This document shows positions 29,572 through 40,610 of a DNA stretch of 64,000 bases, piece by piece. Source of the DNA: Candidatus Kapaibacterium sp. (GTDB lineage: Bacteria > Bacteroidota > Ignavibacteria > Kapaibacteriales > UBA2268); assembly GCA_937995785.1 (NCBI GenBank), contig CALKJQ010000035.1:133-64132 (forward strand). The letters run 5' to 3'. The first letter of the stretch is position 1, and every line of letters starts with the position of its first letter. The translations under genes were made by a program, and so were the position numbers. The notes below the pieces were generated by a model. The model was not told where the DNA came from, did not search any database, and saw only the letters and a list, made by a program, of their open reading frames with translations.

Positions 29572-30695
29572 CCAATACAAAACCACATATAGACTGGTTG
29601 ATATTCTTTAGTGCCTTAACTTTGATGCTATTTTCGATTGCCTTCGTTTATAGTGCGGGAATATTCTTTGCTACCTACAAAGGGATGAAACCCGAGAGCT
29701 TGTTGATGAGTCACTTTTTCAAGGTTATAGTTGCAATTTTTATTATGATTTTAGTTTCTCGATTTGATTATCACCACTGGTCTAAGATTTCAATATGGAT
29801 GATGTTATTATCATTGATTACTTTGGTGGTCGTACTTGTTGCTGGTAAAGAAGTTGGTGGGGCTGAACGCTGGATTAATTTAGGGTTTATGACATTTCAG
29901 CCATCTGAATTGGCAAAATTTTCTTTGATAATCCATTTTGCAACATTGATAAACCGCAAAGGCGAAAGCATCAAAGATTTGAAATACGGTTATCTCCCGT
30001 TTATGCTATGGATTGCTTTGTTTTCTGCTTTGATTGCTCTTCAGCCAAATTTCTCGATGATTATCATAATTTTTCTAATTGGTATGTTTATGCTTTACAT
30101 AGGCAACGCCAACATAAAACACATTCTAACGACACTTGGATTAACAGCCTTGGTTGGGGGAGTTTATGCTGTGTCGGCGCCATACCGCTTGAATAGATTA
30201 CTTTTTTATTTAGGAATGTTAGAAGGTAAAGAATTCGACAAATTAGCCTATCAAGTGGATAATTCACTCGTGGCAATTGGCAGTGGGGGCTTATTTGGTA
30301 TGGGACCTGGTGGCAGTCATCAAAATTTACTTCTAAGCGAACCCTACACCGATTTTATTCTGTCGATAATTGGCGAGGAATATGGATTTATTGGCTTGGT
30401 TGTTATTGTTGCGCTGTTTATCTTTATTTTATGGCGAGGATTCTATCTTGCCAAACGAGTAGAGGACAAGTTTGGATTCTTGCTCGTAAGTGGTATTATT
30501 TTCTCAATTTTCATATCCTTCTTGATTAATGCTTTTGTGAACACAGCATTAATTCCCACAACAGGCGTCCCACTCCCATTTTTGAGCTATGGTGGAACTT
30601 CGATATTTTTTGGAGCAACATTAATCGGAATACTCCTGAATATTTCCGTTAAAGTTTCGATGAATAAATACAAAAATCCTAAATCAGACGATTAA
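29568..30695 (+). CDS. ftsW: Peptidoglycan glycosyltransferase FtsW
   Basis: GAERWI, FQPSELAK, TDFILSIIGEEYG, PTTGVPLPFLSYGGTS; follows murD with ATGA overlap. Confidence 0.9.
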   Translation: MTNTKPHIDWLIFFSALTLMLFSIAFVYSAGIFFATYKGMKPESLLMSHFFKVIVAIFIMILVSRFDYHHWSKISIWMMLLSLITLVVVLVAGKEVGGAERWINLGFMTFQPSELAKFSLIIHFATLINRKGESIKDLKYGYLPFMLWIALFSALIALQPNFSMIIIIFLIGMFMLYIGNANIKHILTTLGLTALVGGVYAVSAPYRLNRLLFYLGMLEGKEFDKLAYQVDNSLVAIGSGGLFGMGPGGSHQNLLLSEPYTDFILSIIGEEYGFIGLVVIVALFIFILWRGFYLAKRVEDKFGFLLVSGIIFSIFISFLINAFVNTALIPTTGVPLPFLSYGGTSIFFGATLIGILLNISVKVSMNKYKNPKSDD

Positions 30696-30846
30696 AAATA
30701 TTAGTCGCAAACCTCTTAAACCTCATCTTATCAATAAACATAATTGTTTTAAGTAATCTATCCTTTTAAACAAATAAGGAAATTGATTTCAAATTCATTT
30801 TTTAATTCTTCGTCATTGATTAATTATAATTAAATAACAGAAAACT

Positions 30847-33800
30847 ATGTTAAGCTTTTTAAAAAACATATTTCCCGATAAACATAAAAGGGATATCGAC
30901 AAAATAATGCCGATTGTAAAACAAATCAATCAAATTTATGCTGAATTCGACAATTTAACCGACGAAGAAATGCGTAAGAAAAGTGAAGGCTTCAAACAAC
31001 TTGTTAAAGAACGAATTGCTGAATTAGAAACCGAAAAAGAGCAAATAATACGCGACCTACGCGAAAAAGAATTAACAAGTGGCGAAGTTATTTCCAAAAA
31101 TGAATATTTAAAGAAATTAGAAAAAGAGATATTCCAAACAGTAAACGATACATTAGACGAAATACTACCCGAAGCCTTCGCATTGGTAAAACAAGCTTGC
31201 AAACGACTAACAGAACGAGGACACAACTATGTATATGCTGGTCATCCGTCAATTTGGGAAATGATACCCTATGATGTTCAATTAATCGGAGGTATAGTTC
31301 TCCATCAAGGTAAGATTGCCGAAATGGCAACGGGCGAAGGAAAAACTTTAGTAGCTGTATTGCCTATTTATCTAAATGCTTTGGCTGGCAAGGGGGTTCA
31401 TGTTGTTACGGTTAATGATTACCTTGCTCGGCGCGATAGTGAATGGATGAAGCCGGTATATGATTTTCTTGGCGTTACCGTTGGTGCTTTGCAACAAAGT
31501 ATGCAAAGTGATGAACGCAAAAAGATTTATAATTTGGATATTGTTTATGGTACTAATTCAGAGTTTGGTTTTGATTACCTTCGCGATAATATGGTGGTGG
31601 AAGAAGAGCATATAGTCCAACGCGGTCATTGGTATGCTATTGTGGACGAGGTGGACTCGGTTTTGATAGACGAAGCCCGAACCCCTCTAATTATTTCAGG
31701 ACCCGTTGGCGATTTAGACCAAAAATATGACTTAATGAAACCGCGGGTTCGCCGATTGGTGGATGCACAAATTCAATTTGTTAATCAAATAACTGCCGAA
31801 GCCGAAAGATTGCTCCAATCCGACAAAAAAGAAGACCGCGAACAAGCTGGTATTTTATTGTTCCGAGCCCATAGGGGTTTACCAAAGCACAAAAGATTGC
31901 GAAAACTGTTGCAAGAAGGTGCAAACCTAAAATTAATGCAAGAAACAGAACTGTTCTTTCTTCGCGAAAAAGGCAAAAGAATGCCCGAAATCGATGAAGA
32001 ATTATTTTATGTTATCGAAGAAAAGCACCATCAAATCGATATTACCGAAAAAGGAAGAAATTTATTAACTAATAGTGGCGAAGATCCCGAGTTATTCGTA
32101 TTGCCCGATATTGCGGCGGAAATGAGTAAACTCGCAGTAGATAATTCGATAACCGAACAGGAAAAACAACTTAAAATTGACGAAATAAACAGAATATTTG
32201 CACAGAGAAGTGATATAATCCACACAGTAACATCTCTATTGAGAGCATATTCTCTTTACGAAAAAGATGTGGAATACGTTGTTCAAGATGGAAAAGTGCA
32301 AATAGTGGACGAATTTACGGGTAGGATTCTCGATGGGCGTCGCTATTCCGAAGGATTACACCAAGCTATCGAAGCCAAAGAAAATGTGAAAGTCCAACGC
32401 GATACCCAAACATTGGCAACAATTACATTGCAAAATTATTTCCGCTTATACAAAAAATTAGCAGGTATGACCGGAACTGCCGAAACTGAAGCCGGCGAGT
32501 TCGAAAAAATATACAACTTAGATGTTGTTGTTATTCCAACCAACAGACCAATAACCCGAAAAGATTATGACGACTTGATTTACCGCACTACACGAGAAAA
32601 ATATAATGCAATTGTCGAAGAAGTTCAAAAAATTCTGCAAGAAGGTCGAGCAGTTTTGGTGGGAACAGCATCGGTAGAAGTATCGGAAATTATCTCTAAA
32701 ATGTTAACCAGAGCAAAAATTCAACACAACGTGCTGAATGCGAAACAACACGAAAAAGAAGCGGATATCATTGCCCAAGCCGGACACAAAGGAGCAGTTA
32801 CAATTGCTACAAATATGGCGGGTCGGGGTACGGATATTAAATTAGATCCCGAAGTTAAACGAAATGGCGGACTAGCAATCATAGGTTCGGAACGCCACGA
32901 AGCACGCCGTATCGACAGACAGCTTCGTGGGCGTGCTGGTCGCCAGGGCGATCCGGGTAGTTCAATATTCTTTATCTCATTAGAAGATAAACTGATGAGA
33001 CTATTTGCAGCCGAGAGAATTGCCAATTTGATGAACAAATTCAAATTCCCCGAAAACGAACCTATCACTCATTCAATGATTACCAAAACAGTTGAGAATG
33101 CACAGAAAAAAGTGGAAGAAAATAACTTTTCTATCCGCAAGCATCTATTGGAATACGACGATGTGATGAATATGCAAAGAGAGTTAGTATATAATAAGCG
33201 AAAGATGGCTCTGCGAGGCGACAGATTAAAAGGTGAAATTTTCGATTATATCGAAGATTTAGCATATCAGTGGTATGAAATTTATCATAAAGAAGAGGAT
33301 TTAAAGGGACTTAAAAATGCCGTCAGAGCACTGCTACTATGCGAAATCAATATAAATGATGATGATTTTAAAACGATGAAAGAAATCGAAGTTGTGAATG
33401 AAATAATGAGAGCGGCAGACGAGTTTTATCGACGAAAAGAAGAAATGCTTGGCAAAGAATTTATGGCACAATTAGAAAAATATGCAGTTCTCCAAACAAT
33501 CGACGATAAGTGGAAAGAACATTTACGCATTATGGATGAGATTAAAGAAGGTATTAATTTAAGAGCGTATGGACAAAAAGACCCATTATTAGAATACAAA
33601 CAAGAAGCAGCACATCAATTCGAAGAATTGCTTAAAGAAATTTCAATAGGCTCGGTTGGTATTGCTTTCAAATATTTCCCACAAATGCAAGTTCAGGTGC
33701 AACAAGCACCCGAGAAAACTCCACCGAGGGTAAAATCGAATAACTTACAAGGTCGAGGAATTCGTTATGGACGCGACGAAGAAGCCGCACAATTTGTTGC

Positions 33801-33963
33801 CAGAGCAACCGCACCACGAGCACAAGAAAGCGAATCTGCACGGGCTACAGCAGTGGAAACATACCGACGCACCGAAACTAAGGTTGGACGAAACGACCCT
33901 TGCCCTTGTGGGAGTGGTAAAAAATACAAACATTGCCACGGCAAAGAAATGAATTTAAATTAA
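30847..33963 (+). CDS. secA: Preprotein translocase ATPase SecA
   Basis: [54 protein letters not shown]-terminal SEC-C motif [13 protein letters not shown]. Confidence 0.98.
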   Translation: MLSFLKNIFPDKHKRDIDKIMPIVKQINQIYAEFDNLTDEEMRKKSEGFKQLVKERIAELETEKEQIIRDLREKELTSGEVISKNEYLKKLEKEIFQTVNDTLDEILPEAFALVKQACKRLTERGHNYVYAGHPSIWEMIPYDVQLIGGIVLHQGKIAEMATGEGKTLVAVLPIYLNALAGKGVHVVTVNDYLARRDSEWMKPVYDFLGVTVGALQQSMQSDERKKIYNLDIVYGTNSEFGFDYLRDNMVVEEEHIVQRGHWYAIVDEVDSVLIDEARTPLIISGPVGDLDQKYDLMKPRVRRLVDAQIQFVNQITAEAERLLQSDKKEDREQAGILLFRAHRGLPKHKRLRKLLQEGANLKLMQETELFFLREKGKRMPEIDEELFYVIEEKHHQIDITEKGRNLLTNSGEDPELFVLPDIAAEMSKLAVDNSITEQEKQLKIDEINRIFAQRSDIIHTVTSLLRAYSLYEKDVEYVVQDGKVQIVDEFTGRILDGRRYSEGLHQAIEAKENVKVQRDTQTLATITLQNYFRLYKKLAGMTGTAETEAGEFEKIYNLDVVVIPTNRPITRKDYDDLIYRTTREKYNAIVEEVQKILQEGRAVLVGTASVEVSEIISKMLTRAKIQHNVLNAKQHEKEADIIAQAGHKGAVTIATNMAGRGTDIKLDPEVKRNGGLAIIGSERHEARRIDRQLRGRAGRQGDPGSSIFFISLEDKLMRLFAAERIANLMNKFKFPENEPITHSMITKTVENAQKKVEENNFSIRKHLLEYDDVMNMQRELVYNKRKMALRGDRLKGEIFDYIEDLAYQWYEIYHKEEDLKGLKNAVRALLLCEININDDDFKTMKEIEVVNEIMRAADEFYRRKEEMLGKEFMAQLEKYAVLQTIDDKWKEHLRIMDEIKEGINLRAYGQKDPLLEYKQEAAHQFEELLKEISIGSVGIAFKYFPQMQVQVQQAPEKTPPRVKSNNLQGRGIRYGRDEEAAQFVARATAPRAQESESARATAVETYRRTETKVGRNDPCPCGSGKKYKHCHGKEMNLN

Positions 33964-33987
33964 AACTCTTAACCCGAGATTTATACG

Positions 33988-34023
33988 AAAAGGCTGCTTC
34001 GGTTCATACGAAACAGCCTTTTT
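33988..34023. terminator. Probable bidirectional terminator
   Basis: AAAAGGCTG ... CAGCCTTTTT between convergent secA and the FKBP gene. Confidence 0.75.
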
Positions 34024-34053
34024 AATTTTTTTGTCGGCAAGATAATTGGACAA

Positions 34054-34860
34054 TTATCTTTTGTCGGGAGGTGGTTGGTTTGGAATAGGTTGTGCATCAG
34101 GAGGCAATTGTTGTATTTGCATATTTGGAGGCATTTCAATCTTTTTTGCATCTAAAAGATCAACTTCGAAAATAATAATTGCATTAGGTGGAATAGGACC
34201 GCTTCCGCGAGGACCAAATGCTAAATCTGGTGGAAATACAAAGCGGTATTTGCCGCCAACTTTCATCTGACGAGTTGCTTCCTCCCAGCCGGGAAATAGA
34301 CCGCGAACCGGAAACTCCACGGGATTATTTTTTGCCATAGAATCAAAAACTTCGCCATTGGAAAAAGATGCAACAAATTTTATTTTCAAAATATCTTCTG
34401 GTTTTGGTGTTTGTCCCTTACCTTCTTTCAATACTTCCCACATCAAACCCGTTTTTGAAATTTTTACGCCCGATTTCGATTTAAATTCAGCGATAAATTG
34501 TTCGTTTGTTTTGGCAAGTTCTTTGGATTTTTCTTGTCTTTGTTGTTCAAATTGTTGTTCCTGTTGCATTTGTTTGCTCTGTAGTCTTTGCTGTAATTTG
34601 CTGATAACCATCCCCATAACACTATCGGGGAAAGCAATATTAGCACTATCTTTGCCAGCTTTGAACCCTTTGGCATAGTTTTCGAAGTTTAAATTCAACG
34701 AATCTCTACGGGCATTTGCTCCTAATTGCACACCAAGTGCATAGCTAAGAGAATCATCAAATGTTTTAAATTCTGGTTTACCAGTCATCGAAGTTCCATC
34801 GTTATCGCAACCAATTATTAATGGGATGATTGCCAAGATTATTATTAATCTTATTTTCAT
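34054..34860 (-). CDS. FKBP-type peptidyl-prolyl isomerase (FkpA/Mip-like) lipoprotein
   Basis: Lipobox IIGC; DSLSYALG dimerisation domain; G.VFDS, PGWEE, M.VGGK, IPPNA.IIFEVDLL. Confidence 0.88.
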   Translation of the reverse strand: MKIRLIIILAIIPLIIGCDNDGTSMTGKPEFKTFDDSLSYALGVQLGANARRDSLNLNFENYAKGFKAGKDSANIAFPDSVMGMVISKLQQRLQSKQMQQEQQFEQQRQEKSKELAKTNEQFIAEFKSKSGVKISKTGLMWEVLKEGKGQTPKPEDILKIKFVASFSNGEVFDSMAKNNPVEFPVRGLFPGWEEATRQMKVGGKYRFVFPPDLAFGPRGSGPIPPNAIIIFEVDLLDAKKIEMPPNMQIQQLPPDAQPIPNQPPPDKR

Positions 34861-35023
34861 ATTTACCTTGATATTAAAAAAAATAAAACACAAAATTAAG
34901 TAGAATAAATCAAATTTGTGAAAATAAAAAAAATTTGTATAATATTGTGCAAAATTGATTTTTTTTTGCTAATTTAATATAATTATTTATGTAATTATTA
35001 AAAATTATTAAAACTGAGGAAAG

Positions 35024-36451
35024 GTGGCAAAAAACTACACAATCGTAATAATTGAAGATGACCCTTTGGTTAATGAATCGGTTCAAAATGTATTGCTAAG
35101 TAAGTATAACAGAGTTGAAGCATTCACCGATCCAAACGAAGGAATTAATCAATTACACAAGATTTCTCCCGATTTATTAATTCTCGACATATTTTTGGGT
35201 TATGCCAATGGGTTGGATATATTAGAGCAATTACGAAAACAGGGCTATACGATGCCTGTTATCATAATGACTGCTTTTTCGGATATTAAGATGGCTGTTC
35301 GTGCTATGAAATTGGGAGCAGAAGATTTTATCGTTAAACCTTTGGACTTAGATCAGTTGGAAGTAACAGTAGAGCGGGCTCTTAAGAATTTTGAATTACG
35401 TCGAAAAGTTGATTTGCTAAGCGAACAAATCAAGAAAGAACAGCCAAGTGAGATTATTGGTAATAGCGATGGTGTGATAAAAGCTTTAGAACTGGGCAAA
35501 CTCGTTGCCAAAACCGAGGATACTACTGTTCTAATCTATGGAGAAACCGGTACAGGCAAAGAATTGATGGCTCGATATATCCACGATCACTCCCCCCGAG
35601 CCAATGGTCCTTTCGTTAGTGTAAACTGTGGTGCAATTCCTCGAGAATTAGCCGAAAACGAATTTTTTGGTTACGAAAAAGGAGCATTCACGGGTGCAAC
35701 CGAAAAGATGCGTCCCGGCAAGTTCGAGCAAGCCCAACACGGCACAATTCTATTGGATGAAATTAGTGAACTTAGCATGGATTTGCAAGTAAAATTGCTT
35801 AGGGTGCTTCAGGAGAGAAAGTTTTATCGATTAGGCGGTACCAAAGAAATTTCTGTAGATGTGCGTGTGATTGCCAGTACAAACAAAGAATTAGAACAAT
35901 TGGTGGAAGAGGGAAAATTCAGAGAAGACTTGTACTACAGATTGAATGTAGCCAAGATAACTTTGCCGCCATTGCGAGAGCGAGGCGAGGATGTGCTTCA
36001 AATTGCAAATGCAGGTATTGCCGAATTCAACCGAAAATTTGGCAAGTCGATAAAGGGATTTACCGACGATGCAATTGCAGTAATTTTAAATTACCCTTGG
36101 AAAGGAAATATTAGAGAATTGCGTAATGCAATCGAAAGAATTGTATTGATGGAAAACAAAGATTTAATAGATGTGGAGGCATTATCTTTCCTTAAAGGTA
36201 TTAGTTTTGTTAGTTCCAACAAAGGACCATTGCCACCCGAGACATACCTTTCGCCAGGTAAACATTACTTAAAAGTTTCGTCGACGGGAGCAAGCTACAA
36301 CGAGGTAACAAAAGATTTGATTGAACAAGTTTTGAAGATATCTAAAGGCAATCAAATTAAAGCCGCTAAAATATTGGGTATATCTCGTGCAAAACTGAGG
36401 TACAGAATAGAACAATTGGCAATAAATTCAAATCCGAAAATATTAGAATAA
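35024..36451 (+). CDS. Sigma-54-dependent response regulator (NtrC family)
   Basis: Receiver domain, GETGTGKE, GAFTGA, LLDEI, FREDLYYRL, WKGNIREL, Fis-type HTH; GTG start after GAGGA. Confidence 0.93.
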   Translation: MAKNYTIVIIEDDPLVNESVQNVLLSKYNRVEAFTDPNEGINQLHKISPDLLILDIFLGYANGLDILEQLRKQGYTMPVIIMTAFSDIKMAVRAMKLGAEDFIVKPLDLDQLEVTVERALKNFELRRKVDLLSEQIKKEQPSEIIGNSDGVIKALELGKLVAKTEDTTVLIYGETGTGKELMARYIHDHSPRANGPFVSVNCGAIPRELAENEFFGYEKGAFTGATEKMRPGKFEQAQHGTILLDEISELSMDLQVKLLRVLQERKFYRLGGTKEISVDVRVIASTNKELEQLVEEGKFREDLYYRLNVAKITLPPLRERGEDVLQIANAGIAEFNRKFGKSIKGFTDDAIAVILNYPWKGNIRELRNAIERIVLMENKDLIDVEALSFLKGISFVSSNKGPLPPETYLSPGKHYLKVSSTGASYNEVTKDLIEQVLKISKGNQIKAAKILGISRAKLRYRIEQLAINSNPKILE

Positions 36452-36508
36452 AAGCGAAATAATAGATAAAAAATTATTAATTTACAAAAAATAAAATAGC
36501 AAAAGATA

Positions 36509-37828
36509 ATGAGTTTGGAAGATAAAATTGCGACATTAAAAACAGATTTATTGCCTGCAAATCGACGTAGAGCTGCAGAGGATTTATTAAGAAATATTGA
36601 TGAAATAAACCACGATGTTATTAAAGTGCTTTGCGAATCATTAGCGGACAACGACAAAGGCGTTCGAGATGTAATTGCTACAAATATAACTCAATTGGGA
36701 CCTGTTTGGAATGATGTGGTTTGTCAGTATGTAACACCATTTATAAAAAGTGATAGAATCGAAATCCGAAATTTGGTTACCGATATTTTACTTACAATTA
36801 GACCCACAAATATTTTTACGATAGCACACTATTTCGACGACCCCAACCCCGATAATGTTAAATTTGCAATCGATATTGCGGGATTGATTGCACCACCAGA
36901 TTATTTAGAACTTATATTCGAAAAAATCGATCATTCAGATTCCAATGTTCGTTGTTCGGTTGTCGAAGCAATTGGCAACATATATCAAAATTACCCCGAC
37001 AATAATTTCGACAAAGCATTGCTTATCGAGCGACTCGAAGTATTATATTGGAACGATGAAGATTTAAAACCTTTTATAATCGAGGCATTAGGAAAAATTG
37101 GAGGCGAGGAATCCCAGAACTTTTTAATTTCTTTGATTAACAACGAAAGTAATTTCTTTTTACGCGTTGCTGCGATAGATGGATTAGCTATTTGCGGCAC
37201 AGAAATAGGTGTTTGCTACAAATTGTTAGATCTTTTCGAGTCGGTAAACGATGAGTTGAAAATTCTCTTTTTAAAGTCCATTTTTGCAATTTCTTTTAGA
37301 GTAGGCGAATCAATCGAACTGCCAAATCAATATAGATATGTAGCCCAATTAGCATTAATGGAAAATGATCCAGATACGTATGGGGCTGGTTTGGTTGCAC
37401 TTGGGAGTAATTATACCAAAGAAGATGTTCCCTACTTACTGAAGGTTGTTTTCAGAAACGACTCGGAAATTAACCAATATATGATCCATAATCTTGTCAA
37501 TTCCCAAGATCCCGTCGTAATTGAAGAATTTATAAAACAATTGTTTGTTAAATACGATCCCTCCGACACGGAAAATTTAGACTTTTTAGCATTTATATCG
37601 CAAGAAGCAACAAACGCTTCGCCCGTAAATATTCAAGTTTTAATTAAATCTCTTGTAAAAAATACTATATATCAAAAACCAATGTATTGGGAAAACATAA
37701 TCACATATTGCTTAGAAATTTCGCACGAAATCACAATCAAAGAATTAGAAAAAATGTATAACATATCGGATACTTCCGAATTGAATTACATTAACGATAT
37801 TTTACAAAAATTTGAAATTACCTTTTAA
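36509..37828 (+). CDS. HEAT-repeat protein
   Basis: Repeated D.D..VR...(A/V).(A)LG.I units. Confidence 0.8.
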   Translation: MSLEDKIATLKTDLLPANRRRAAEDLLRNIDEINHDVIKVLCESLADNDKGVRDVIATNITQLGPVWNDVVCQYVTPFIKSDRIEIRNLVTDILLTIRPTNIFTIAHYFDDPNPDNVKFAIDIAGLIAPPDYLELIFEKIDHSDSNVRCSVVEAIGNIYQNYPDNNFDKALLIERLEVLYWNDEDLKPFIIEALGKIGGEESQNFLISLINNESNFFLRVAAIDGLAICGTEIGVCYKLLDLFESVNDELKILFLKSIFAISFRVGESIELPNQYRYVAQLALMENDPDTYGAGLVALGSNYTKEDVPYLLKVVFRNDSEINQYMIHNLVNSQDPVVIEEFIKQLFVKYDPSDTENLDFLAFISQEATNASPVNIQVLIKSLVKNTIYQKPMYWENIITYCLEISHEITIKELEKMYNISDTSELNYINDILQKFEITF

Positions 37829-37843
37829 CAAAAGAAGACAATA

Positions 37844-38764
37844 ATGGCAAGTGGCTTATTCAAATTCGGACAACAACTGCAACAGCAACCACCACCCAGG
37901 CCTCGTCCGCTGGACATAGGAGCAGACGGATCAAATAAATTTGAACTGAGTGACGCAACATTTATGGAATTTAGAAATTTTGTTTACGAAAAAAGTGGTA
38001 TTTATTTTAATGAAAGTAAAAAGTATTTATTTGAAAGCAGAATAGAAAAAAGGATTCAATCTCTCAATTTATCGAGTTTCGAGGAGTATTTGCGATATAT
38101 CAAATCCCCAAGCAATCTCGAAGAACTTCATCAAATGTATGATGCTATTACTATCAACGAAACTTACTTTTTTCGGGCTCCACAACAATTCGAAGCGGTC
38201 GAAAAAATAATAGTACCCGAACTAATCCAGGAAAAGCAAGGTAAATCCAATTATGTCCGTTTTTGGAGTGCAGCTTCGTCCACAGGCGAAGAAGCCTACA
38301 CATTAGCTTTGCTTGTGAACGAATATCTAAAGCCACGCTACCCAGGGATTACTTTCCAAATTTTGGCAAGCGATATCAACACCCAGGTTGTTGAGTTTGC
38401 TCGAAGAGGAGTTTATAAGGAATATGCAATTCGAAACGTTCCGCCTCATATGCTCAGTAAATACTTCAAAAGTAATGGAATGACCTATGAATTGAACGAG
38501 GAAATACGCAAAATGGTTCGATTTGCAAACATCAATTTATACGACGAAAAAGCAGTTAAAACAATAACTGGAGTAGATATTATTTTTTGTGCAAATGTAT
38601 TGATTTATTTCGATATTCCCTCGAAGCAGAAGGTAGTGTCTTTTTTATACGATGTGTTGAATCCGGGAGGATACTTGTTTATAGGTTATTCAGAATCATT
38701 GCATGGTATCAGCAAGGCATTTTCGTTGATCCATTTACCAAAAGCTCTGGCATATAAAAAGTAA
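37844..38764 (+). CDS. cheR: Chemotaxis protein-glutamate O-methyltransferase
   Basis: ITINETYFFR, WSAASSTGEEAY, ASDIN, IFCANVLIYFD, LFIGYSESL. Confidence 0.92.
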   Translation: MASGLFKFGQQLQQQPPPRPRPLDIGADGSNKFELSDATFMEFRNFVYEKSGIYFNESKKYLFESRIEKRIQSLNLSSFEEYLRYIKSPSNLEELHQMYDAITINETYFFRAPQQFEAVEKIIVPELIQEKQGKSNYVRFWSAASSTGEEAYTLALLVNEYLKPRYPGITFQILASDINTQVVEFARRGVYKEYAIRNVPPHMLSKYFKSNGMTYELNEEIRKMVRFANINLYDEKAVKTITGVDIIFCANVLIYFDIPSKQKVVSFLYDVLNPGGYLFIGYSESLHGISKAFSLIHLPKALAYKK

Positions 38765-38777
38765 GGAGTATATTAAA

Positions 38778-39143
38778 ATGGCAAGAACAATTTTAGTAGC
38801 AGAGGACTCGTCATCAATCAGAAAATTTATCACATTGGCGCTCAAAATGGCTGGTTATAACGTGATTGACGCTGTTGATGGAATGGATGCAATCGAAAAA
38901 ATGAGTGGTCAGGAGATAGATCTGGTAGTTACTGATTTAAATATGCCTAATGTTGATGGGTTTAACCTAATTCGGACTATTAGAGAAAATCCCAAGAACG
39001 CCGATTTACCTATTTTAATACTCACTTCGTTGAACAACGAACGAGATATTAGAGAAGCGATGGATGCTGGTGCAAATTCCTATTTAATTAAACCATTTAA
39101 TGATAAAAAATTATTATACGAGATTTCAAAATATATAAATTGA
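38778..39143 (+). CDS. cheY: CheY-like response regulator
   Basis: Single receiver domain (TDLNMP, KPF) within che cluster. Confidence 0.85.
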   Translation: MARTILVAEDSSSIRKFITLALKMAGYNVIDAVDGMDAIEKMSGQEIDLVVTDLNMPNVDGFNLIRTIRENPKNADLPILILTSLNNERDIREAMDAGANSYLIKPFNDKKLLYEISKYIN

Positions 39144-39163
39144 AAAATAAAGAGGATTAAAAT

Positions 39164-39538
39164 ATGCGTTTTTTAGTTGTTGATGACTCACCCACAATGC
39201 GAAGAATTGTAATCAATGCCCTGAAAACATTTGGTTACAATGATTTCGTTGAAGCAGGCGAAGGGCAAGAAGCGCTTACTAAGTTGGCATCCGAGCCAGT
39301 CGATTTTGTTATTACCGATTGGAATATGCCGATTATGAATGGTTTGGATTTAACCAAAACAATTCGATCTACGCCAAATTTAAGTCATCTTCCTATTCTT
39401 ATGGTAACAACTCGAGGTTTGAAACAAGATATAATCGAAGCCCTTAAAGCCAAAGTTAACAATTATGTGGTTAAACCATTCACACCTCAAGTTCTCAAAG
39501 AAAAGATTGACGCCGTCCTTTCCACTGTGCAAGGTTAA
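39164..39538 (+). CDS. cheY: Chemotaxis response regulator CheY
   Basis: LVVDDSPTMRRI, ITDWNMP, LMVT, YVVKPFT; directly upstream of cheZ. Confidence 0.9.
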   Translation: MRFLVVDDSPTMRRIVINALKTFGYNDFVEAGEGQEALTKLASEPVDFVITDWNMPIMNGLDLTKTIRSTPNLSHLPILMVTTRGLKQDIIEALKAKVNNYVVKPFTPQVLKEKIDAVLSTVQG

Positions 39539-39554
39539 AGGGAGTGGGGGAACA

Positions 39555-40598
39555 ATGAAAAAGAACTTGAAAGATATGCTCGATAAAGCCAATGAATTGC
39601 GTGCTTTGTTCATTTTTGGTCAAAGAGTTATTCCATTCCTCGAAGAAATATTTATTTTCGTAAGCGAAATTGAACCATTATTGGAAGAAATCAACGTTTC
39701 GATTGCCGAAAACTTAAAGAAGATGCCAAATGCTACTAAACAACTCTCGAAGGTTACCGAAGCCACCGAATTGGCAACAACCGAAATAATGGATATTCTG
39801 GACAATCTCACTTACAAAACTGACGTAATTTCGCGCAACATAAACCAATTGAGAGAAATAAAAGATCACCAAATATTGTCGTCATCCAAGTTGTTAGAAA
39901 TATTGCACAAAGGGATACAGGCAAACGAAAATTTAAATGACTATTTGCCCGAAATATCCAAAGCTATGGAATTGATTAAAGAAAACGAGGCAGCTTTGTT
40001 CGATAAAACTATAAATGAAACCAATTCGATATTGGATAGTATCAATATGGATTCCAGCTCTATAATGATGAGTTTGCAAGTCCAAGATATAACAAGTCAG
40101 CAATTAGCAGCTGTGAATCACCTAATAGAAACTGTTCAAGAAAAATTATTAAAGATAATAGAAAAATTCGAAAAAACCAGTATCGATACACTTATCGAGA
40201 AGCCCAACAATCAAGAATTTAATTCCAATGTTTCAAAGCTACATAGGGATATTGCATTCGATCCCGATGCAGTTAAAACAACTTTGGAAAAAGAAGGAAT
40301 GCAGTCCTCAGTTGATGAATTAATTAAAATGCATAAAGTGGACTTAAATAACGAAGATCCACCCGAACATACATTGCAAGATGATATCGATAAATTAGTT
40401 TCGTCTGATTTGAGCGAAATCGAAAATGAAGATATTGACTTCGACACATTAAAAAAGCAGTTCGAAACTGAAAATAATATAAATATTGCAGATAACCAAA
40501 CCGAAGAACTTATTGAAGAAGAGCAAGACATCGACTTGAATAATCTTGACGAACCATTTTCGCAAGATGATATAGATGCATTATTCGGAAAAAAATAA
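39555..40598 (+). CDS. cheZ: CheZ-family phosphatase
   Basis: V..ATE.AT.EIMD, catalytic LQVQDITSQQL (DxxxQ), C-terminal SQDDIDALF; start set at ATG 39555 after GGGGGA. Confidence 0.8.
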   Translation: MKKNLKDMLDKANELRALFIFGQRVIPFLEEIFIFVSEIEPLLEEINVSIAENLKKMPNATKQLSKVTEATELATTEIMDILDNLTYKTDVISRNINQLREIKDHQILSSSKLLEILHKGIQANENLNDYLPEISKAMELIKENEAALFDKTINETNSILDSINMDSSSIMMSLQVQDITSQQLAAVNHLIETVQEKLLKIIEKFEKTSIDTLIEKPNNQEFNSNVSKLHRDIAFDPDAVKTTLEKEGMQSSVDELIKMHKVDLNNEDPPEHTLQDDIDKLVSSDLSEIENEDIDFDTLKKQFETENNINIADNQTEELIEEEQDIDLNNLDEPFSQDDIDALFGKK

Positions 40599-40610
40599 AA
40601 GGTAAAACAT

